Below, piece by piece: positions 10,571-21,184 of a stretch of DNA of 64,000 bases. The first letter of the stretch is position 1; each line of letters begins with the position of its first letter. The notes beneath the pieces were generated by a model. It did no database searches. It saw only the letters and a list, made by a program, of their open reading frames with translations, and had not been told where the DNA came from. The position numbers were made by a program, and so were the translations under genes. The stretch comes from Albugo candida (taxonomy: Eukaryota). The stretch covers positions 930,001 through 994,000 of the forward strand of contig JBDOQK010000003.1 of NCBI GenBank assembly GCA_040437565.1, read 5' to 3'.

Positions 10571-13500
10571 ACACTTCTCAATTAGGCGGCTTGTACGTAA
10601 TCCGTCGATTTAGTAGAAACAGCTCGAATAAGAACCTTGTTTAACCCTCTTTTAATGTTATCCTCTCCAACGGAATGTGGTTCAAGGCGACATTTCGACA
10701 CAACCAAGGATTTTAACGTTCAATTGTACTGACTTGGCCACCTTATGAGTCACCCGGCATTGAGTGATTGCATGCTTGCTGATGTTCATCACCCCTGTGT
10801 GAAGGCGTGGAAAGTACCACCAGCCCCAGTGTGACAGTCAAGGTGGTACTGTCACTGACTCGTCACAGGGTGACCCGAAGGCAGCTGCAAGTGTGGACGA
10901 CACCAAAAGTCCCACCTTGGAAGAACTCCTCAAGTCGCAAGAATCCTTGCGCAAAGACAGGGCATGGGCGAAAGCGCAACCGCGTGGAGCTTCCGAAGCC
11001 GAAATCATCGTATATTGCAGCAATATCCCAGATTTATGCCGGGAAGTATCCGGATTGGTCTGTTGGTGCTGCCAAAGCGAGGCTGCCACGCTTTTCAAGG
11101 TTGTGAAAGCAAAGTTTCCGATGATTTTGGAAACAGACTAGGCATCGGACCGCGTTCCCAATGTGGAATTATTGACTTCACTCCCCCGAAATCACGGCAA
11201 CCCGTTTTTCGAATCTCTCTTGGATAGTCGCCAAATTGGACAATTCTCCAAGCTTCCAGGAGGGAAATAGAGAGTGATGGTTACGTCTACAGACGCGTGT
11301 GAACTAATAGAGTGCCAATCGGTCACCGTTCTGGGTGAAAAGTTTTTTTTCAAAGAGTACAACACTCTAGAACGCCCGGTATTATATGGACGTGTTTGGA
11401 GTCGGTATGGAAGTTGAGCGGGAGGGTATTTAAAATCCTTATACGAAAGAAAAGTGTGGAGTCCTTCCCGATACCTATCGAGAAGCGAATTCTTCTAAAG
11501 CAGCTGGCATGTCGACGTGGAGAATTTACTTTGCGTCCTCAACGTGCCCGGAACCATCGTTGCGTGTTGGGAAGGTATGCAAGAGCAAATCGCATTCGAC
11601 AAACAGCTCTTGAACTGAAAATTGCTAAATCTACTGAAGGACCTAAGGAGAAAACGTTCCTATTTATACAGTGCGACCACGTCTCGGTCAACGCGGTCCA
11701 TATTGTTTGGATTTAGGAGCAATTGCTCCTCCATCGGCTGCAGATCCAAAACAAAAGAAATAAACAAAATCGGCATTTGTGGTCACCTCAACAACCACGG
11801 CTATGCCGATTCCAAATCAAAAAGAGGCTACATCTATAGTCCAGCGGAAACTATTAACCCAATATGGCTGGAGTTCCATTCTCCCCCGGGTATCGTATCA
11901 CCGTGCAGACCACAACTTCTAGAGAATCAACCATCTCTGCCAGGCTTAACGGAACCAGTGGCCAGGGATGGAGATATAACCATGCAGGTGGTTCGTTAAT
12001 GGAGAGAGGGCCACCGTGTGGAACCATTACGACACATGGTGTCGAAATTCAATTCTCAGTTCTCGCGACAATCGAGGTGGAGATACAGGAAGTTGAAGGA
12101 GTTGACAACCCGAAGCATGTACCACGGTTTCAAATTATTCTGTGACAACACGGATTCCACAAAGAGTAGCCAATTCAAAAGTAGCAGCTCATTTTTTTCG
12201 AAAACGCCACACGAAGGTTGAAAAAACGGAGCGAAGAACGAGGATTGTCGAGGTGAGAGAGCTAATGAAGACTAATTCGAAAAATGCCATCCACACAATC
12301 CGACCGGGCAATGTATCCAAGCTGCAGCACATATCGAACATGTGAGCAGACTGATTCAGTACAGCATGAATCCGGACAAAATCATCCGGGCAGCGCCTGA
12401 TCAACCGATGTGCTACTTTCCTGTATAATTTCCATATTACGTTTGCGACAAGATGGAGTCGGCATGTTGGTGGTAAAGTACCATCAAAACGTGATGTAAT
12501 GTTCAAGAAATTGCGATATGGTGGGGGTCGGTGCCGGAAAGGGTTCACGGTTTGACAAGAGCAACGAAAGCTCTACCCTTCATCGAACTACTACTCATTG
12601 GTACTGCCCTCATTCTCTACACAAATGATCACTGGGTCCAATATCCACATTCCGGGCCATTATTGCCGATTACTGCCAACCAATGTGATATTATTGTTGT
12701 CATCATGCTCAGAGGTAGACGCCAAGTGTTGTTCTCAATGGTTTGAAGGTAATTGGGGAAAGGTGTTCTCTGTGGTCATATCTATGAGCTCTCCGTCAAA
12801 ACTTACTTCTCTCGGGACGATCTAGCGGCACTTCGCCTTTCAAAACAGGTTGATAAAACGAAGTTGATTGCTGGTCCACTTCATCGTGAATGTTGAAGGC
12901 TCCTCATTCATTTCAACGTGAAACAATATCTCAGCACTCAAGGTAAATATTAATGAAATTCATAAAAACGGTCATATTTTATCGACCACGTCCTACCACA
13001 ACACTCCCTTTGTTGTGTTTAGGAGACCGATTACGATCGCAACCAGCTGGAATCATTTCAGTTTGCATTACATTCGAAAATACAGCACACAATGTTTGTC
13101 GATGATCACAACAGTACTTATCTCCATCCGACTCAAACTGGATTGTCGGTGTCATGACAACCCTTCGTTCGGATTTCCCCGGTAAAACAACAGCTGAAGA
13201 ACTCACCGATCGAAGAATCCGATATCGCTAGCTGACTTTGCGTCTTCTCATTCACGACGCACCGGTATAAATTTTCAATGTATATGCACCGGTCAAGGCC
13301 GAGGAAGGAGTGTTTTTTTATGAGTTGTTGCTCACTAACACTTTCGAATCGACCGCATATGGGGCTTTCAACACACCACTCGATCCAGCTATCGATGCTT
13401 CGAGTGGCACAATTCGACACGAACCAAGTCGAGTAGCGGGTTTGGAATGGCTTTCCCAGTTGGATGTGGTAGAAGCTTGGCGAATCCAACATCCGACTAA

Positions 13501-15015
13501 AAATGTTTTACAGGAACATTACCAAGCAAGAATCGACTTGATTACATCTGCATTCGAAAGAGCTATTCAATATGGTATACAAAACCTCAGGATTTGTTCG
13601 TCCATGACATGCGGGAGATCATCTGGCACAAAAAGTAACTTTTGCATATCCAACTCAATCTCCGGGTCGAGGATATTGGATGTGTTCATTACGACTATCT
13701 AACAGTTGCGGACAACTTCGAATCTCGGAAAAATGTGGGAAAGTTGGAAGACGGAAATCAAGAAGCAGCTTCAAGGAATTAAAAAAGCTTGCATGAGATA
13801 TCTGACGTGATGTTGAGTCTAGACACTGAAGACGCCAATGAGTTACGGCATTTTACGAATCGAGTCTCGTGCAATTCAGAATTTCGGTCGAAAACAATGC
13901 CCGATACAACCAAGACGAAAGTTTCGACCATCACGTGGAGAATATGGAGAACTCTTCCGAGAATATTTATGCCCTCCGGATAGTACTTGTCGTCACGTGC
14001 CGATCGAAAATGTAACCAAAATGTGGCACCGTGAGATCGAACCCGAGGGAGATTATTGACAGATTCAGAGATCATTGTCTTGGGCTCTCTTTATAGCTCC
14101 GAGACCGCCTTCACTGATCCCTGTGAAAGAAATTGAAAAAAACTACTCGATTTGATTCAAATTTCCCTTGCCTCAGTAGACCAAGACCGTCTCTCAACTC
14201 GCTTAAGTACTACCAAGATGGCGGAAGTGATCAAGCACATGCCGAATAGATCTTCTCCAAGTGTGGATAGACTAACAGCTGCATTTTAATAAGCTTGATC
14301 ACGAAATGCTTGGCGAGTTTCTGAAAGTCGTGTTCGAATATCTGCTGAACAAAGGTATCTTACTTCGATCACAACATTACTCGGCAAGCACAATTTTGTA
14401 CAAAAAAGGATCACGAGGTGATCCTAGCAACTATCGACCGATACACTACTTTGCGTTGATGTGAAAGTACTTTCAAAAGTGTTGGCGTATTGATTGCAAC
14501 GGTTCTTGCCAAAACTGATCCATCAAGATCAAAAAGAATTTCTGAGAGGAAGGTCGATGCATCACCCTATTTGAAATCTCACCGGCATCCAAGACTTGGT
14601 CAATCATCGTGGGGAGGAAGTATATGCGAGTTTTCTCGACTTCGAGAAAGCTGATGATCCAGTCAATTGGACGTATCGAACTGGGTTCGGCTTTCATACA
14701 ATAACAAAAAGGCGCAGTTGATGATTAATGGAAATATCACACCTTCCATTGCACCACAACGTGGAGTGTAACAAGGCAATGCTTTCTCAGCATCACTTTC
14801 CTATTCAGGTTCGAAACTGTGGTAAATTACTTCGACAACATGAAGAACGTGGTATGTGGATCAGTAGCACGACCGTCGCTACTAGATTATTTCTCGCGGA
14901 CAATTCGACATTGCTCTCAAATACACCAAATGGTGTTTTGACGCAGCTGAAATTCGTTCGAGTCTATTGCGATGGATCTAGTGCGAAACTCAGCTTGAGT
15001 AAATCATCCTTGCTT
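10571..15015 (+). mobile_element. Degenerate non-LTR retrotransposon (L1/Tx1-like LINE), 3'-truncated: ORF1, APE endonuclease, partial RT
   Basis: Endonuclease remnants (..FNTPLDP.ID; DVVEAWRIQHP..ARID). RT remnants (SSPSVDRLTAAF, KKGSRGDPSNYRPI.LL.VDVKVLSKVLA, FLDFEKA, LFLADNSTLL...SAKLSLSKS). Many stops and frameshifts. Collinear with the minus-strand copy at 54915-61935. Confidence 0.9.
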
Positions 15016-15320
15016 TTTAAACCCATCAATCCGCGGAAGACCAGTCGGCGCACAAAAAACCCGAAGCGAGACGCATCTCAATTCGAGCACGAGGAAAGTC
15101 ACGTGGGTAAACGGAGATGTGGAGAATGTGGACTAATGGGCCACAACAGACGTAGTTGTCCTTCGGTCGATCGTTCCGGTGATTCAAATCAAGAAAAGGT
15201 TTACCATGATTGATTGCATAATAATGTGTGTCACGTGACGAGAAGGAGTGAAATCACAATTCCCTATATAAAGAAGGATTTGGTACAGCCACACCCTCTT
15301 TTTGGTATAGCCACACACCC
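15016..15320 (+). mobile_element. Mutator-like (MULE) transposase 3' end plus terminal repeat
   Basis: KRDASQFE...RRCGECGLMGHNRRSC (CX2CX4HX4C knuckle after a KRDxSxFE motif, typical of MULE C-termini). It is followed by a duplicated TTTGGTAYAGCCACAC motif ending in CCC. Confidence 0.65.
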
Positions 15321-15401
15321 TAACTTAATTGAGAACACCGTATCGTTACACCCCCTAAATATCCTGAATAGATGAGAACCGGTATCACCACACTTGCTAA
15401 A

Positions 15402-16428
15402 GGGTATTGATATCCCAACAACTTTTTTTTTAAATTACAACATGCCTAGTTAAATTATTACTCTCACAACTTTTTCGTTTTTGCAAAATACATACATGAT
15501 TTTACATTTCTAACTAATTGCATCCATACACACCCTAAATTGTTGCTCCAACAGCTCCAATCGAGAATTATTTGTGGTTGTTTAATACACATAATGTTTC
15601 ATCCGTGAGGCTACTACTTCTGACAATGTACCATTTGTCACATAGCATTTGGCATCGGTACTGGGAAATGCAGGTGCAGCAATTGCGGAAAATCGGCCAT
15701 AACAAGCGGTCTTGCGGAATTCCGGTTACAAGGTCAGATTCAGAACAAGCTTTAGTAAAAAATTAGATATTTTTCCTCCACAGAATTATTTCTCAACACA
15801 TTTTACCTTCGTCCGTTAGTGTATAATAACTTTTGCATCTTTACGAGGCATTATAGCCTAACAAACTGGCAATAAATCGTCTACTAGTGATGAGTTTTTA
15901 GCTCAGTTGAAGGTATCTTTCTTTACTAGATTTAGCCTTAAACGTAAATGACTTCTATTAGTTGAAAATGTAAACTTATTTATTTTTCAATGAAGTTGTG
16001 GGAGTCATAATTTAAGTAGGCATAACGTAATCTAAATTACGAATAAATGTAATTTAAAAAAAAGTTGTCAGGATATCAATACCACTAATTATTGCTCTAA
16101 AAAAGTTGTGGGAGTAATAATCTAAGTAGGCATGATGTAATTTAAAATGAAAAATAAAAATGTAATTAAAAAAAAGTTGTCGGGATATCAAAAAAAGCTG
16201 TTCGGATATCAATACCNNNNNNNNNNNNNNNNNNNNNNNNNNNNNNNNNNNNNNNNNNNNNNNNNNNNNNNNNNNNNNNNNNNNNNNNNNNNNNNNNNNN
16301 NNNNNNNNNNNNNNNNTTGTGGGAGTAATAATCTAAGTAGGCATGATGTAATTTAAAATGAAAAATAAAAATGTAATTAAAAAAAAGTTGTCGGGATATC
16401 AAAAAAAGCTGTTCGGATATCAATACCC
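15402..16428 (+). mobile_element. Non-autonomous TIR DNA transposon (MULE-like deletion derivative) with an 8-bp target-site duplication
   Basis: TIRs GGGTATTGATATCC...GGATATCAATACCC plus longer subterminal inverted similarity. TSD TTGCTAAA at 15394-15401 and 16429-16436. Internal frameshifted knuckle CSNCG-KIGHNKRSC at ~15675-15717. Confidence 0.85.
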
Positions 16429-16825
16429 TTGCTAAATCCCCTGCATTAACATTAAATTAGGAAACGGTATCGCCACACCCCCTAAATTAATTTAAGGGAA
16501 CATAAAAAAATATACCAGTTCGATAAATAAATAAAAAAAATATATACTAAGGCTGTATGATATACGTACGGATATACACATGCGTAGGATTATAACGAGG
16601 ACAGCCCAGTCTTGGATTAAAAACCTCTGATCAATAATGCACTATGTTGTAAGGATAATGAAGCATACAATTACGCGTCCCTTATNNNNNNNNNNNNNNN
16701 NNNNNNNNNNNNNNNNNNNNNNNNNNNNNNNNNNNNNNNNNNNNNNNNNNNNNNNNNNNNNNNNNNNNNNNNNNNNNNNNNNNNNTACGGGCACACTTCA
16801 ATCAATCTCTTACAACATTGATGTA

Positions 16826-17250
16826 GGCTGCGTTGCCTGTTCTATCGGCCTTATTGCCGTTTACTTCTCTCCAGTGAGTTGGTTTGATGTTTTTGGCACT
16901 AAAAAAGCAGGCTACGGTAAGAGCACATTCACTCCTCCCTTAAAAGGTCTCATCGTTCTTGTTGCTGACTATAGGTGTAATTGGTGCCGCTGCATTCATT
17001 GCAGGAACAAGTGTGAGTATGACAATGGCAAATGTAGTGCTGGCAGCTTTACACACCGTATTTGTGTGCTTTGCCGAGGTACGGTTGCTTTTTGCTGAAG
17101 TATTGCATGATATAATCGAAATTGCTATCTATTATGTAGGATCCTATTGCGTTGCAGCACAATCATCCGCGTGAATACGAGGATTTGATTAGTGGATGGC
17201 GTCAATTCCACTCGGATGCGATCGATTCTGCTTTTGGCTCTACTGTTTAA
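16826..17250 (+). CDS. Choline transporter-like (CTL/SLC44/PNS1 family) protein, last three exons; 5' part lost at the gap
   Basis: Spliced CVACSIGLIAVYFSPVSWFDVFGTKKAGYG|VIGAAAFIAGTSVSMTMANVVLAALHTVFVCFAE|DPIALQHNHPREYEDLISGW...*. Introns at 16917-16974 and 17079-17139. 'TVFVCFAEDP.AL..NHP' is the CTL family C-terminal signature. Confidence 0.85.
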
Positions 17251-18144
17251 TCACCTCTAGGAAAGAACGATGACTTGAGAAAAAATAGTGTTGAAACGAT
17301 CGCTTTTGTTATGTTAAGAGCTGCGATAATGATTCATATCAATTCCTAGATACCAGTTTTGTATTTTTCATAAACATTATTGAAGAATGGTCAAGTCCCT
17401 GCGATTGGAAGCCACGCGATTTGGCATATATCTAGCGAGTATATCTGCTTGAGTTTATTCTTTGCGAATTTTACTTACCTGATTCATAATTGAGTTCCCG
17501 CCATTGCGAGCTTTGTCTACTCTCAACCAGATTGTATCCACTGGATCGTCACTCAGGTGAAACGTATTTGTTGGCAGGATTCTCTTCCATCAAATAATTC
17601 GTTTCTTACTCGATAGTGGGAATATATAAGGTATCCTCCTCAGCAAATGAGTCGCGACGATTTTGAAAAAGCATTTAGTAAACAAGTCGATCCGGCACAA
17701 GGAAAAAAAAGTGGCGACTAGATCAGTATATGAATATAGAAATATGATCCATCGAAATCTAGTGTCACAAATCTGCTGCCTGTGCTTCTATCTATTGCTG
17801 GTCTTCATCCCTTGCATGCAGTCAGCATAAGGAGCTTGGAGATTCAAAGCAGATATATAGTTGCTAGTCCATCATCAATAGAAGACTGTGGTCGAGGTTG
17901 CGTTGTTATCTGCAAGCATTCGTTATCAGTCAAAGAGCATTCCAATACAAAGCTCCAGATTATGGAGCTGGACGAGCGTATGACACATCGGTACAAAAGC
18001 AAACGTTCTATAAGCAGCTTCATAGACTCTTCTTACGTGCTTCCTCTACAAACCTTAATGATCTTTTTATACATTGCGTATGCCGATTGCATGCGTTATA
18101 TGATAAGTTAGATAGTTAGATAACATTTTGAAATCCCTCAAATC

Positions 18145-19276
18145 ATGCTAAAGAATGGACTTGAGGCCATTGGGAAGAGTATCCGATCGTTCGGACAATC
18201 ATTAGACCGCACAGGCGTGTTATTGGAGGGAAGTGCGTCATACACTGAACATTGTAAGTCTTTGTGCGCGATTTAGTTTGACTTGCAGGAACTCAGAAGT
18301 CGGCTGAGTGTAGTAAATCCCTCAACTCGATGCGTTAACAACGCCGGACGCCGACCAAAATTGGAAGCNNNNNNNNNNNNNNNNNNNNNNNNNNNNNNNN
18401 NNNNNNNNNNNNNNNNNNNNNNNNNNNNNNNNNNNNNNNNNNNNNNNNNNNNNNNNNNNNNNNNNNNNAATCATTAGACCGCACAGGCGTGTTATTGGAG
18501 GGAAGTGCGTCATACACTGAACATTGTAAGTCTTTGTGCGCGATTTAGTTTGACTTGCAGGAACTCAGAAGTCGGCTGAGTGTAGTAAATCCCTCAACTC
18601 GATGCGTTAACAACGCCGGACGCCGACCAAAATTGGAAGCAGCGGCGTTTATAGCACCTAATGCATCAGTCATTGGAGAAGTCAACGTCGGTAGCGGGAG
18701 CTCGGTCTGGTATGGGGCAACATTGCGAGGTAGGTCGACTAAACGCGTAGGAAAAAAGATGATCCTGATTCGATACAATGTTTCTGTCAGGCGATATCAA
18801 TCACATCACAATCGGAAACCATACAAATGTACTAGACGCTGCCATTATACACGTTGNNNNNNNNNNNNNNNNNNNNNNNNNNNNNNNNNNNNNNNNNNNN
18901 NNNNNNNNNNNNNNNNNNNNNNNNNNNNNNNNNNNNNNNNNNNNNNNNNNNNNNNNGATCTGTTGTCGAATCAGAATCAATAGTAGCAGCAGGCTCAATT
19001 GTCACCTACGGAAAAGTAATTTTATCGGGACAATTGTGGTCAGGTGTACCAGCCCAATATGTACGAGATCTCACAACCGAAGAGAAAGCATTCATCAAAC
19101 AATCCGCGATAGAATATGCGGAGCTGTCTCTAATTCACGCGAAAGAATGCGAGAAATCGTTGGAAGAGATCGTTGCCGCAAATGAGCGATCAAAAATACT
19201 CGAGGAAATTGGAAAATTTGGACTCCCTGAAAAGGAGAAAGCTCAGCAAGAAATGGGGATGTTCTTTCGATACTAA
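18145..19276 (+). CDS. Gamma carbonic anhydrase (mitochondrial complex I CA-domain type), intron-containing
   Basis: MLKNGLEAIGKSIRSFGQSLDRTG (IGxxIRxxGQxLDRxG N-terminus), FIAPNASVIGEVNVGSGSSVWYGATLRG|DINHITIG, VAAGSIV...GQLWSGVPAQYVRDLT. Interrupted by two gaps, one with a duplicated flank. Confidence 0.93.
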
Positions 19277-19357
19277 AAAAGCTTTTGAGAATACACTCAT
19301 CTTATTGTTTCTTTAAGGAGATATTGCAATCTCTCCTGGTTCAGGAAACTTGGGGCT

Positions 19358-20597
19358 TTAATACAATATTAGCTTGCAATCGTCTTGAGAAAGTTTCTTC
19401 ATAAAATGATACCGAAGGAATTCCATTAAATCGAGCGACGTTTCTTTCAGATCCAAAATATTACAAACCTTCTGATTCATGTGCATATCAATAATCAAGA
19501 AGGCTGTATTCTGCAATGATAAGCCACCTGATTCAACTAACTTTTTGACTCGTGCGGGTGTCCCGATCGCAATTGGAGAGTAGAATTTCTTNNNNNNNNN
19601 NNNNNNNNNNNNNNNNNNNNNNNNNNNNNNNNNNNNNNNNNNNNNNNNNNNNNNNNNNNNNNNNNNNNNNNNNNNNNNNNNNNNNNNNNNNTACAAACCT
19701 TCTGATTCATGTGCATATCAATAATCAAGAAGGCTGTATTCTGCAATGATAAGCCACCTGATTCAACTAACTTTTTGACTCGTGCGGGTGTCCCGATCGC
19801 AATTGGAGAGTAGAATTTCTTCAGTTGCCACTCTTGCTGCTCAATTTTCGTATGGCGAGAGAACAATTTTGCTTTGCGGCATTTGAAAGCGGCTAGATTC
19901 CTGATATACTTTGGTTTGGCGATTATGTTCATGGTAGCGGAAATAATGACACTTACTTGGTCACGACAATAACGCGTTCTGCAGATGAGCACATAATTAG
20001 CACAAGCGGGCTTTTCTCTGGATTCTTCTTCCTTAGTCGCAACTTCCAGTCTGGAATGATATGGCGAATGTATAAAGGTAGAGTCTGGAGAGTGTGTTTA
20101 CCAAGGTTTGGTAGTTCAAGAACATTTGATTCTGAGTCATTCATAACAGTGAGATATTTTGTATACACAGAAGCGGTGCTGAGTACCTTGGATAGCGTCA
20201 GCCAGCTCGATATCGGACATATTTCCACCATGGTACTTATTGTACGCCTGCGAGATGACATCGTAAACTTGACGGTGACTCATACGATGCAATGCCATAC
20301 AGCGGGTACTTGAATTTTTCTTCAGTGAAATTTTTTGATTAGAGAACAAAATCTTGGTAAGGGTTCTCTTACATGCAGCTTTTGACGTTTGTTGGAGACA
20401 TCCGTTTGTGTATGATCTTCCACTTCAGCATTTCGAGGACGTTTTATAACGCCAGATATATCTCCATCTTCCTCATCTTCTACATTATCGTCACCACTAA
20501 GCGCCACTATACTGCTGCTGTCTAACATTGCCATCGATGTCCTCGTCCAATTCTCATCGAGAAGATCATCATTCACTACTGGATGATCACTGGCCAT
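19358..20597 (-). CDS. CMS1: CMS1/CMSS1, U3-containing 90S pre-ribosome factor (degenerate DEAD-box-like)
   Basis: Acidic N-terminus (DDLLDENW), then SPLVLIMCSSAERV, KAKLFSRHTKIEQQ, IAIGTPARVKKLVESGGLSLQ..LIIDMH.NQK..ILDLKET. Multi-exon. Confidence 0.88.
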
Positions 20598-21184
20598 CGT
20601 AATTTCTAAATACCTTTGATATATAATAGTTTCAGACTTTTCAACTTGTCNNNNNNNNNNNNNNNNNNNNNNNNNNNNNNNNNNNNNNNNNNNNNNNNNN
20701 NNNNNNNNNNNNNNNNNNNNNNNNNNNNNNNNNNNNNNNNNNNNNNNNNNATATAATAGTTTCAGACTTTTCAACTTGTCAGTTGTGCGTTATGATATAA
20801 TATAATCAAGTCTGCGATCATTGCTCCGTTGATACGATGTACTGCGACTTGTTTTGCTCGATTTTATGCTTTATTTTGTGTCTCTCGAAATCGCCATAGG
20901 TTTCCAATGTATACTGGGAAGAATTACGATGGGCTCGTGTGAAATGTCTCAAATAATCAGTGTTTTTGCTTGTTCTCTACACCGGTTGCCATACTGAAAG
21001 GGAAATCAGTGCCACCCGCATCAAGCCTTTTAAGACAAAGTGGGCACAGACTTATCAAAGCGTGAACGGTGACTTGCAACACAGAAGAACGACTAGGTCA
21101 TTTGATTTACTGCATGATTGATATACCTATATATCTTTCTGGCTCAATCTCTCACCAACTTACCGTCGGATTCAATAACTTCCA

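Noticed and set aside
18198..18640. Exon duplication in gamma carbonic anhydrase (and likewise in CMS1 at 19462-19821)
   Set aside because: Apparently identical copies directly flank a 100-N gap, so this is an unmerged contig overlap.
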